From: a virus
DNA: 64,000 nt
Virus record (IMG/VR): IMGVR_UViG_3300036766_002288
Coordinates: 1 to 64,000 of that record
Strand: one strand, 5' to 3'
The first letter of the stretch is position 1; each line of letters starts with the position of its first letter. A program made the position numbers and the translations under genes. Shown here piece after piece: positions 25,750 to 34,234 of this stretch. A model generated the notes under the pieces. It saw nothing but the letters and a program-made list of their open reading frames with translations, was not told the DNA's origin and did not search any database.

Positions 25750-26613
25750 TTAATTTACACCAATTTGCCTTAGCCATTCTAAAATACTCTGTCTTTCATA
25801 CACTGAAAGCTGAAATTGCGTTTCTTTTGGGGGCATATGGCCCCTAGCAACTTCTTCTTTAACTTTTAACCAATTAACATTTTGGTTCAAATGTCCAATC
25901 TGAGTATAGATTTGGAACTCCTTTTTAGCTCCTACCCCCGTATGGCATTGGGCACATGTCCTACCAAATGCGTTAAAAACCACCTGCGTTAATTGTTGAT
26001 CGGGTTGCCTGGGAGCCTGTGATTGTTGTGGTTGTGGTTGTGGTTGTGGTTGTGGTTGTGGCGTACCAGGAACGGGTGGAGGGCCACCATCAGAAGTTCC
26101 ATCTGCCATCTTATTCATTTCCTCCAACAACGCTTTAGCAAGTTCTCTAATTTGATCTTTCCTGCTAAGACCCAGCTGTTGTTGCTGTTGTTGCTGTTGT
26201 TGCATGTTATATGCATTGGGTTGCTGATATCCGTATGGTTGTGTTTGCATCCCATAACCATATGGTTGAACTGCCGCTGGATAAGCACCCTGCTGCACGA
26301 CAGGATAAGCTTGTGGGTATCCTGTTACAGGCACGGTCGGCACTGCATATGTGGTTGGGACATATTGAAACTGAAATGCTGGAACCAAAACAGGATATGC
26401 AAAAGTTGGTGTGCATATTGTTTCTACTACGGGGGCGCATACTGTAGTGCAGACGGTATTGCAAACTGGCGCACATACTGTTCCGCAACTCACTGGCGCG
26501 CAGCGACCTCTAAATATTCCACACCTTCTTCCGAAGGCAAAGGCATCGCTGCTTGCAAAAAATAGACTAATCGCTCCTACTGCTAATAATGTTATAAGTA
26601 CCCATTTTCTCAT
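25750..26613 (-). CDS. exported mono-heme c-type cytochrome domain protein with Cys-rich and polyQ/PQ linkers
   Basis: signal peptide ending AFA; CAQCH heme motif; GHMPP probable Met ligand; LS..ER..I..W terminal helix. Confidence 0.75.
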   Translation of the reverse strand: MRKWVLITLLAVGAISLFFASSDAFAFGRRCGIFRGRCAPVSCGTVCAPVCNTVCTTVCAPVVETICTPTFAYPVLVPAFQFQYVPTTYAVPTVPVTGYPQAYPVVQQGAYPAAVQPYGYGMQTQPYGYQQPNAYNMQQQQQQQQQLGLSRKDQIRELAKALLEEMNKMADGTSDGGPPPVPGTPQPQPQPQPQPQQSQAPRQPDQQLTQVVFNAFGRTCAQCHTGVGAKKEFQIYTQIGHLNQNVNWLKVKEEVARGHMPPKETQFQLSVYERQSILEWLRQIGVN

Positions 26614-26632
26614 ATCACTCCTTCTTAGTTAA

Positions 26633-28486
26633 TTATGGCTTCGGTATAGGAATAAGTGGTCCAGGTGGGAACTGATCCGCATGATCTAATCCTTGCTTCC
26701 TTGCCATAATTAAAATCATAAATCTCTGGAATGAATGCTCCCATTGGTCACGTTTAATGGGGCGGATCGGGCTACGCAATAACCCTAGAACCAAATTGTC
26801 CTTACTAGCCTTTATATATCCATCTAATTGGTTAAATTCTACACCAATATCTCTGGAAACCTCTTCATGTGTTAAAAGGTTCTCAATATAATTGTTGTAT
26901 ATCTCGCTCATGACTCTGGATACAACTTCTGATTGCAAACCAGTTGACCTAGAAACAGCATCACGATACAGATTTTGGTCTGCAACTATTTGCCTATCTA
27001 AGTCGGAACCAAATAAATCTTCAATCTTATAAAAATCTTCTTTCCTAGTTACCAATAACTTAAGTTCTCTAGGATTCTTTAATTTGTTTGTCAATGCGCG
27101 AACTTCGTCATTAATTGGTCTAATACCATCAGCATGACAAATCATACAACTTCTTCCTGGTCGTACCAGTCTGTCAACTGAACCATTATCAAGAGCAATT
27201 TCAGGATTAGCAAAATCAACTCTTTTCCCTTTACCATCCGTTAATAAATAAGCTTGCAGTCCATTTGGCAACGTTCCTATTTCTTCGGTTGCATCAAATT
27301 GCTCACGCAATAAGAATTGAACGTAATTCCTATCATCTACTGATTTTAATGAATCATGGCTTCTCCAGATATAGCCGCCCGTAAAAGTAGGGCTTCTATT
27401 TAGAGTCCTATTGTTTCTTGCAACCATTGAAGTTACAACAACAGCTTTATCCTGTGATCTTGCTTTTTCAGCAAGTTTTTCATCTGCAAAAATTAACTTG
27501 TCAAAATCTTCTGCTTTATCTCCTAGTTTCAAGAAATCATAGTAGGCTGGAGGGACTATAACATTTGACATAAACCAATCTCCTCTATAGATTGGAAAGT
27601 CAGAATGTGTGTTGCTCATCAATGTTTGATAACCTAACGGGTCTAACCAAGGCACCTTACAATCAATTACAAACTTTCTTTTATTAGAAACTGTTTCTTC
27701 TACTTCTACGTCCTCTAGAGTGACTACTTCTTTAAAAATCTGCTGACCACGTTGGTCATATTGATTAGTAGGAACTTTCTTAACTTTTTCTACCTGCTTC
27801 TTAACCTTTACCTTTTCAAAAACAGGTTGTTCTACGAACATATGGAAATAAGGTTCTGGCTGTGGATGGACTCCACTACCTTTAAGACCTAATTTCTCCC
27901 ATGCTTCAGGGGTCCATTCATAATCATTGATATTTAAACGAATCAAGGTTTCATCACTAGCCCCTACAAATTCTGGGATGTACATCTGTCTTCGTGTACT
28001 TAGAGAATTACACACGAAGGATAAGGCGGCAGCATATTCTTTCCTTTTGGCTTTTGGTATGTTATAGAGAGATATATAACGTATGTAAGGTCGCATTTCT
28101 ACTGGCAGTGATAATAAGTCACCAGTAGCAAATACAACTGCACTATTAGGCCCATATAAAATTTCAGGTGGTGGATTTAAATTAGGTGGCCCAACATTAG
28201 GCAGAGAATTAACCTGCTGATTAACAGGTGGTGTATCACTCACTTGTGGTGGCGGCGTTGGCGGCTCCACAAGTTTAGGCGGACCATTGTTAACTAATTG
28301 ACTATTTTTAGGCAACGAAACATCAACCCGTGGTGACGTAGTATTAATCACAGGTTGCGTTTTAACTTGCAAATCAGGAGTAGAAGTCTCAACTTTACGG
28401 TCTGCGTTGCGTGATGCTGCTGTTACGAATACTAAGACAGCAGCAACAATCGCTACACACGACATAATAACACTAAATTTTTTCAT
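26633..28486 (-). CDS. membrane-anchored protein with C-terminal CxxCH heme motif
   Basis: N-terminal hydrophobic anchor, Pro-rich linker, WRSHD...EEIGTLPNGLQAYLL...GRSCMICHADGI. Confidence 0.7.
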   Translation of the reverse strand: MKKFSVIMSCVAIVAAVLVFVTAASRNADRKVETSTPDLQVKTQPVINTTSPRVDVSLPKNSQLVNNGPPKLVEPPTPPPQVSDTPPVNQQVNSLPNVGPPNLNPPPEILYGPNSAVVFATGDLLSLPVEMRPYIRYISLYNIPKAKRKEYAAALSFVCNSLSTRRQMYIPEFVGASDETLIRLNINDYEWTPEAWEKLGLKGSGVHPQPEPYFHMFVEQPVFEKVKVKKQVEKVKKVPTNQYDQRGQQIFKEVVTLEDVEVEETVSNKRKFVIDCKVPWLDPLGYQTLMSNTHSDFPIYRGDWFMSNVIVPPAYYDFLKLGDKAEDFDKLIFADEKLAEKARSQDKAVVVTSMVARNNRTLNRSPTFTGGYIWRSHDSLKSVDDRNYVQFLLREQFDATEEIGTLPNGLQAYLLTDGKGKRVDFANPEIALDNGSVDRLVRPGRSCMICHADGIRPINDEVRALTNKLKNPRELKLLVTRKEDFYKIEDLFGSDLDRQIVADQNLYRDAVSRSTGLQSEVVSRVMSEIYNNYIENLLTHEEVSRDIGVEFNQLDGYIKASKDNLVLGLLRSPIRPIKRDQWEHSFQRFMILIMARKQGLDHADQFPPGPLIPIPKP

Positions 28487-28492
28487 TCGGCA

Positions 28493-29158
28493 TCACTTCA
28501 CTGTTGGTTTAGGCTGCAAAGCATTTAAAATCATTTGAACAAGGAACTGCATAATCTGATCTCCGTACTGCTGCTCCAACACAGGAAGATAAGTCGTAAT
28601 CATCTGAACTATGTACTGAACTAATTGCTCTCCATATTGCTGTCCTAATGTAGGGAGAAAATTCGTAATTTCCTGAATAATAAATTGAACGATCTGACTC
28701 CCATATTTTTGTTGTAATGTTGGAAGTATGTTTAATATTGCTTGGACAATAAATTGTATAACTTGGTTCCCATATTTTTGTTCCAAAATAGGGAGGAAGT
28801 TTTTAATAAGTTGTGGTAGATAATTTTCAATAAGAGCTTCTATAAAACTAATATCAATTCCACCAACATTTCCAGTAACACTACTGGTAATATCATTGCC
28901 GACAACAATGTTTCCAGGCACAACTACGTTAGCAGCGGCGAAATTTGCCTGCTTCTTAGCAAATAGGGACACCAAGAACTGTAGTAGTCCAGGACCAAAT
29001 TTATTCATTACCTCAACAATTAAACCAACACTAAATCCATTGCGTGCTGCTTCCACTACAAGGGCGAGTATATCAGCCCCATATTTTTCCAGTATATCAG
29101 TTATCCATGTGGCATCAAAGCCAAAATTTTCTGCACTAATCTTTAATTCTTCCGACAT
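28493..29158 (-). CDS. amphipathic helical protein with four 23-aa repeats
   Basis: LPxLxQxYGxQxxQFIVQxIxNx repeated four times. Confidence 0.7.
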   Translation of the reverse strand: MSEELKISAENFGFDATWITDILEKYGADILALVVEAARNGFSVGLIVEVMNKFGPGLLQFLVSLFAKKQANFAAANVVVPGNIVVGNDITSSVTGNVGGIDISFIEALIENYLPQLIKNFLPILEQKYGNQVIQFIVQAILNILPTLQQKYGSQIVQFIIQEITNFLPTLGQQYGEQLVQYIVQMITTYLPVLEQQYGDQIMQFLVQMILNALQPKPTVK

Positions 29159-29167
29159 TTTTGCTCC

Positions 29168-30004
29168 TTAATTAGGTACAATAGGCACTTCATCAGCTGG
29201 GGTATTATCTTGTGGGTCATCTATAATTGCTTGAATTGCAAAAGCGTCTGGGTTCATCATGTTGAAATGACCCCTTTGCAAATAACAATGTCCATTCTTA
29301 CCAAAATTACTACCCCAACTATTCTGTATCTTAATTAGCCAGCCATATTTAGCTGATTTCTTGAGGCCCATGCCCAATACACAATGACCACCACCACCAC
29401 CTGCTGGCAACGGGGCAACACCTTCACTATCTAAATTTGGGAAATTATTGCCAACATATAATCCAAGAGGACATACAAAACCCAACGTAATTGCAGAACA
29501 AATGTCCTCGAAAGTCTGACAATGATAAGCCTGAGCCAGCTTAAATCTCTTAGCAATTTCAAAAGCGGTTGGCGGGAATTGATTTTGGAACATCGTTCCT
29601 GCTGGTATATCCCCTAATCGACAGATTCCATATTGCATTAAAGCTTTTAACGCATCGGAGATTTGTGCCCCTGCATCCCTTCCACCATTAATTAACCCAT
29701 ATGCAAAGAATGGCGTAAATGGAACCAATGGTCTTCCAGATTGCTTATAGCACATCTCCATACCCGAACATGTCCCATGTCCTACACAACTACTAGTCAT
29801 GCCCTGATTTAGAATCGGTAAGTTGTACCATTCTAAATCAATTTCCTGCCATTGCGATGGATCAAGGGTCGTAGCCATTGCTGACCCAAATTTTGGAAAC
29901 TCCTTTATGGACTCAGAAGTTTCGGGGATACATGCTAAAACTCTATAAAATCCATCGAATTTAATAGAAGGTAAATTACTAATTGAATACTTGCCTATAT
30001 GCAT
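29168..30004 (-). CDS. papain-like cysteine peptidase (C1A)
   Basis: NQG.TSSCVGH (Gln, Cys), GGHCV (His), QNSWG (Asn). Confidence 0.88.
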   Translation of the reverse strand: MHIGKYSISNLPSIKFDGFYRVLACIPETSESIKEFPKFGSAMATTLDPSQWQEIDLEWYNLPILNQGMTSSCVGHGTCSGMEMCYKQSGRPLVPFTPFFAYGLINGGRDAGAQISDALKALMQYGICRLGDIPAGTMFQNQFPPTAFEIAKRFKLAQAYHCQTFEDICSAITLGFVCPLGLYVGNNFPNLDSEGVAPLPAGGGGGHCVLGMGLKKSAKYGWLIKIQNSWGSNFGKNGHCYLQRGHFNMMNPDAFAIQAIIDDPQDNTPADEVPIVPN

Positions 30005-30771
30005 TATTGTCCCCCTAAAACTGAATTTAAATAAGCTAAAACTTCTGCCTCTGTCCTTGGTACGCGAATTGGCTGACCTTTGATGCTACCATTGTTTTCT
30101 TGTATTATTATTATTGGTATGCCGCCCCACTTAGCCACTATTTTATCAAGCCCTTTTTCTTTTAATAAAGGATTGGCAACATCATACACTCTATAAAAAG
30201 CATTTTTGGAAGTAGCCGCGTCCCTAACCTTTTGAGAATTAAGAACTTGGCCTAATTCAGGTGTACTATTGTTCATATCATATACAAAAGTAACATGGAA
30301 AGGCGCACCTCCAACACCAGGAGTTGGCACAGGTGGAGGATTAGGGCCTGGCGGAATAGGAGTTCCACCAACCGTTATATTGGTCCTTGCAAACTCCGTC
30401 ATTTTGCCACCGACTGAGCCGACAGCAAAAATGTTAATTAGCCCACCTTGGGGTGGGATTGAAATAACAATTGTGTTACCTTGGGGTAACGTAAAATACT
30501 TAATCTTAACCGCACTGACTACAAGCCATTTCACATCACCATTGCACTTGGCCTGGATTGTGATAAAGCCTTCATCATTTTTTACTGTCTGGTCTTCAGG
30601 GAGTTCTATCCCTTCTACTTTATTTCCAGACGCTGCAATAGGAGTTACCGTTGGAACTGTTGCCGTTGGAGGTGCTGGATTCTGCGATAAAGCAGGGGAT
30701 ATTAAGCCAAGAAGGAGAACACTACAAAGTAATTTTTTATATACCATATTCACCTGTTGTTTAATAATCAA
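30004..30771 (-). CDS. exported Pro-linker two-domain protein (C-terminal thioredoxin-like fold suspected)
   Basis: signal peptide, beta-rich domain, PPGPNPPPVPTP linker, GIPIIIIQ; no CxxC. Confidence 0.6.
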   Translation of the reverse strand: MIIKQQVNMVYKKLLCSVLLLGLISPALSQNPAPPTATVPTVTPIAASGNKVEGIELPEDQTVKNDEGFITIQAKCNGDVKWLVVSAVKIKYFTLPQGNTIVISIPPQGGLINIFAVGSVGGKMTEFARTNITVGGTPIPPGPNPPPVPTPGVGGAPFHVTFVYDMNNSTPELGQVLNSQKVRDAATSKNAFYRVYDVANPLLKEKGLDKIVAKWGGIPIIIIQENNGSIKGQPIRVPRTEAEVLAYLNSVLGGQ

Positions 30772-30902
30772 AATTTAAGATAGTAATTTTTTAAAAATTA
30801 AGCAAGAAAAAAATTTTCTTTACGGGACAGAAATTCGTGCTATGATACCTTAGTTGTACCAGCCAAGCTGTGTCAATTTATTAGTAATTGAGGAGGTGAA
30901 TT

Positions 30903-31901
30903 ATGTCCACTCACACTTGTCCAGTTGTACCAATTGTGCTGGAAAAACACGATAATGCTGATTCCTTGTCCATTGTTAGGGTCAAGGGCTTTATCTATGT
31001 TGCTCGCACACAGGATTGGGTCAATCATCCGCTTGGCGTTTGGATTGAACCAGATATGGTTGTGCCCGCTGATCGTCCAGAATTTGCTTGGCTGGAAAAA
31101 TCTCATAAACTCATTGAGAACAATGGGGTTAAAGGCTACCGTATTAAGGTTAAGCAGCTTCGTGGCGTTATGTCTATGGGTCTAATGACTCCTGCACCAG
31201 AAGGTACTAAGGAAGGCGACGACCTTATGTCGCATTTTGGTATCGTTCGATACGAACCACCGATGCCGCTTTCCACTTACGGAGAAGCTACTAAACCGCC
31301 GCCAGGTGTCCGCTACTCTTACGACGTGGAAAATGCTTACAACTTCTCTCACCTCTTTACTGATGAGGAAGAGATTGTTGCCACGGAGAAAGTGCATGGT
31401 GCCAACGGTCGGTTTGCTTATGTGCCCGATATTGGAATGTTTGCAGGGAGCAGAACCGAATGGAAGCGACAGAATGATACTAACCTTTGGTGGAAAGCAT
31501 TAGAGAATAACCCAGAAGTTGTAGAGTTCTGTAAAGCTAATCCCGAAATCACCGTATATGGCGAAGTATACGGTCAAGTGCAAGACCTTACCTATGGTTT
31601 TGAAAAAGGCAAGGTTGCTATCATTGTATTCGACCTTCTTCGTAATGGCGAATGGATCAACCACGACGAAGCTAGGGAAATTGGTAAAACTCTTCCTTGG
31701 GTACCGATTATTTACCGTGGGCCTTGGAACAAAGAAAAAATCTTTGCTATTGCAGACGGTAAGTCTGAGGTCGCTAAAGTAAAGGGGAAAGACCAAATTC
31801 GTGAAGGTATTGTTGTTAAACCGCTCAAGGAACGTAGCAATCTTGAAATTGGTCGGACTCAAATTAAGATTGTTTCCAATGCTTACCTTGAACGGGCGTA
31901 A
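30903..31901 (+). CDS. ATP-dependent RNA ligase (DRB0094/Rnl2-like) with N-terminal OB domain
   Basis: KH.NADSL, TEKVHGAN (motif I), YGEVYG, FDL, REGIVVKP, KIVSNAYL. Confidence 0.9.
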   Translation: MSTHTCPVVPIVLEKHDNADSLSIVRVKGFIYVARTQDWVNHPLGVWIEPDMVVPADRPEFAWLEKSHKLIENNGVKGYRIKVKQLRGVMSMGLMTPAPEGTKEGDDLMSHFGIVRYEPPMPLSTYGEATKPPPGVRYSYDVENAYNFSHLFTDEEEIVATEKVHGANGRFAYVPDIGMFAGSRTEWKRQNDTNLWWKALENNPEVVEFCKANPEITVYGEVYGQVQDLTYGFEKGKVAIIVFDLLRNGEWINHDEAREIGKTLPWVPIIYRGPWNKEKIFAIADGKSEVAKVKGKDQIREGIVVKPLKERSNLEIGRTQIKIVSNAYLERA

Positions 31902-31903
31902 TT

Positions 31904-31936
31904 ACATGGCACTGACCTAATAGGTCAGTGCCATGT
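31904..31936 (+). terminator. 15-bp perfect hairpin between ligase and Thg1-like genes
   Basis: ACATGGCACTGACCT-aat-AGGTCAGTGCCATGT. Confidence 0.6.
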
Positions 31937-31951
31937 TTATGGAGTATATAA

Positions 31952-32770
31952 ATGGCATCTGATAAGACTGAAATTGGAAATCGCATGAAATACTATGAAG
32001 GGTTTGAAACTCGTCGTAGACTTATGCCTTTAAATCCTGCTGTCTGCCGTTTAGATGGTAAGAATTTCCACAATTTTTGTCGTGGTTTAGAAAGACCTTA
32101 CGATGAACGCCTATCATCATTAATGTGTGACCTTACTACTTTCCTTGCCAAGGAGTTTTGCGCAGTTGCCGCCTATACTCAAAGTGATGAAATTACTCTT
32201 GTGTGGAATCAGGAAAGGTTTGATTCTGAAATCTTCTGTGATGGCAAGATTCAGAAAATGAATTCTTTATTGGCAGCTAGAACTTCTGTCAAATTTAATT
32301 CATTACTGTCCCAATACATTCCAGAAAAAGTCAGTATGGAACCGATCTTTGACTGCCGAATTTTCTCTTTGCCGAACACTACGGAAGCTGCCAACGTGTT
32401 CTTGTGGAGAGAAATTGATGCTGCGCGTAACAGCGTTCAAATGGCAGGGCGTGCTTATTTTTCTCATAATGAAGTGCAGGATAAGAATGGTTCAGAAATT
32501 CAGGAAATGCTTTTCTCAAAAAAGAACATTAACTGGAATGATTATCCTGCGTTTTTTCGCAGAGGTAGATATATATTACGGAGAATTAAAAAAGGAATAT
32601 TGAAATTTGAAGAAATAGAAACACTGCCACTAAAACACCACGCCCGCAGTAATCCAGAATTAGTTTGTGAACGAAATGTTTATGAAGAAGTTCATTTACC
32701 ACCGTTAAGGAAAATAGTCAATCGAGAAAGAGTTTTATTTTATAATGAGGAACCTAAAACAAAGGAATAG
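31952..32770 (+). CDS. tRNA-His guanylyltransferase Thg1-like protein (3'-5' polymerase)
   Basis: RLDGKNFH, YTQSDEI, GKIQKMNS, FDCR, WRE.DA.RNS. Confidence 0.93.
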   Translation: MASDKTEIGNRMKYYEGFETRRRLMPLNPAVCRLDGKNFHNFCRGLERPYDERLSSLMCDLTTFLAKEFCAVAAYTQSDEITLVWNQERFDSEIFCDGKIQKMNSLLAARTSVKFNSLLSQYIPEKVSMEPIFDCRIFSLPNTTEAANVFLWREIDAARNSVQMAGRAYFSHNEVQDKNGSEIQEMLFSKKNINWNDYPAFFRRGRYILRRIKKGILKFEEIETLPLKHHARSNPELVCERNVYEEVHLPPLRKIVNRERVLFYNEEPKTKE

Positions 32771-32772
32771 AA

Positions 32773-33324
32773 TTGAGTAAAATCAAAGTAACATGCAATT
32801 TTTGTAAAAAAAGGGTCATTAAGAATGCAGCAATTGTCAAATACCAACAAAAAAGAAATAAACCTTTTTATTGCGGATACAGTTGTTCTAACAAATCAAG
32901 AACTGAAGTCATCATAACAATATGTCAATGGTGTAAAAAATCTTATTCCCCAAAATGGAACAAAGCATCGTCTACTTTCTGTTCCATTAAATGCGGGAGT
33001 TTGTATAGTTCCCATCAAAGACATGTGAAGTATATAGAAAGATGGAAATTAGGATTAGAAAACGGAAATACTAGTAAGAATGGCGTCATGGTATCGTCCC
33101 ACATTCGCAAATATTTGTTTAAAAAATACAAAAGCAAATGCAGCGAATGCGGCTGGCATAAAATTCATCCTATAACGAGGCGAATACCTTTAGAAATTGA
33201 CCATTTGGATGGAAATTGGAAAAATAATTGTGAGAGCAACTTACGTTTAATTTGTCCTAATTGCCATTCACTATCCCCTAATTTTCGAGCATTGAACAAA
33301 GGCAGGGGAAGAAAAAACAATTAA
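32773..33324 (+). CDS. HNH homing endonuclease
   Basis: N-terminal Cys repeats; CSECG...LEIDHLDGN..NN..SNLRLICPNCHS. Confidence 0.88.
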   Translation: MSKIKVTCNFCKKRVIKNAAIVKYQQKRNKPFYCGYSCSNKSRTEVIITICQWCKKSYSPKWNKASSTFCSIKCGSLYSSHQRHVKYIERWKLGLENGNTSKNGVMVSSHIRKYLFKKYKSKCSECGWHKIHPITRRIPLEIDHLDGNWKNNCESNLRLICPNCHSLSPNFRALNKGRGRKNN

Positions 33325-33353
33325 CCCAGATTTAGTAAGCATAGGTTAAAATT

Positions 33354-33566
33354 ATGGATGTAGCATTTTTTATGGGACTTGTTTCTGGAGTCTTTATAGG
33401 TTTAGGCTTCAGTCTATTTGTGTGCAAACACGTTAAGAAGGCAGTCTACGAGGCTATAGTGGAAGCCTTAAATACCAAAAAGACGAAACGAAAAGAAGAT
33501 ATTCTTAACGAAGACGAAGAAGAAGATTGGTGGAAGCCGAAAGGCTGGAGACCAGATGATGAATAA
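33354..33566 (+). CDS. small single-TM membrane protein
   Basis: N-terminal hydrophobic helix, acidic tail. Confidence 0.55.
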   Translation: MDVAFFMGLVSGVFIGLGFSLFVCKHVKKAVYEAIVEALNTKKTKRKEDILNEDEEEDWWKPKGWRPDDE

Positions 33567-34131
33567 GTCGCAGATGCTAAGTCTGTTGGATGAGGAGGTT
33601 TGCAAATGTACTAAATGCCCAGAGTTAGTGACAAATCGCACACAAACAGTCCTAGACTCAGGCAATCCTGAGTCTAGGATTTTATTTGTTGGTGAAGCTC
33701 CTGGCCAGTCAGAAGATGAAAAAGGTGAAGTTTTTATAGGCAAAGCTGGGGAACTTCTAACCAATATTATAACTGCTTGTGGTCTCGATAGGGATCAAGA
33801 CACATATCTCATCAATCCCGTAAAATGTCGTCCACCGAATAATCGCAAGCCTTCCAAAATTGAACTGAGTAACTGTGCCCCGTTCTTTAAGTTGCAGATT
33901 AAGATTGCAAACCCAAAGTTTATAGTATGTCTAGGAGCAGTCGCTGCTAAGGCCATCCTTGATGTGGAAGAATCTGTTGGTATGTTGAGGGGGCGTTGGT
34001 TCAAATATGAGGACGGCATAGTAAACGCGGAAGTCCTAGTAACTTATCATCCAAGTTTTCTTCTAAGAAATCCTACCGCAAAAAAGGATGTTGCAGAAGA
34101 TATGCAGTTGTTGTTAGAGAAAATTAAATAG
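33556..34131 (+). CDS. udg: uracil-DNA glycosylase, family 4 (Fe-S)
   Basis: C..C..L...RTQTV, VGEAPG..ED..G..F.G.AG..L, KCRPPNNR, TYHPSFLLR. Confidence 0.93.
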   Translation: MMNKSQMLSLLDEEVCKCTKCPELVTNRTQTVLDSGNPESRILFVGEAPGQSEDEKGEVFIGKAGELLTNIITACGLDRDQDTYLINPVKCRPPNNRKPSKIELSNCAPFFKLQIKIANPKFIVCLGAVAAKAILDVEESVGMLRGRWFKYEDGIVNAEVLVTYHPSFLLRNPTAKKDVAEDMQLLLEKIK

Positions 34132-34232
34132 TATGGCTCTGCTAGTAGTTCGGCTACCTTCGGTACTAGCCCCGTAACGGAGTCATCATTATGCTGTGGC
34201 ACCATTCGTCCGCTCGTCAACTGACCATACTA
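34129..34232. ncRNA. candidate structured RNA, about 104 nt, family not recognised
   Basis: terminal 8-bp stem TAGTATGG/CCATACTA enclosing GCTAGT/ACTAGC, TACC/GGTA, GTAG/CTAC and CCG-TAA-CGG stems; GC-richer than flanks. Confidence 0.45.
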
Positions 34233-34234
34233 TT

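Noticed and set aside
26023-26203. (GGTTGT)n telomere-like and (TGTTGC)n microsatellites
   Set aside because: They are explained as Pro-Gln and poly-Gln codons on the minus strand.
34129-34232. tRNA, hammerhead, twister or HDV-like identity for the structured element
   Set aside because: There is no 7-nt TTCRANY loop or cloverleaf. TTGACGAG is not followed by a stem plus GAAA, and the twister and HDV core elements could not be placed.
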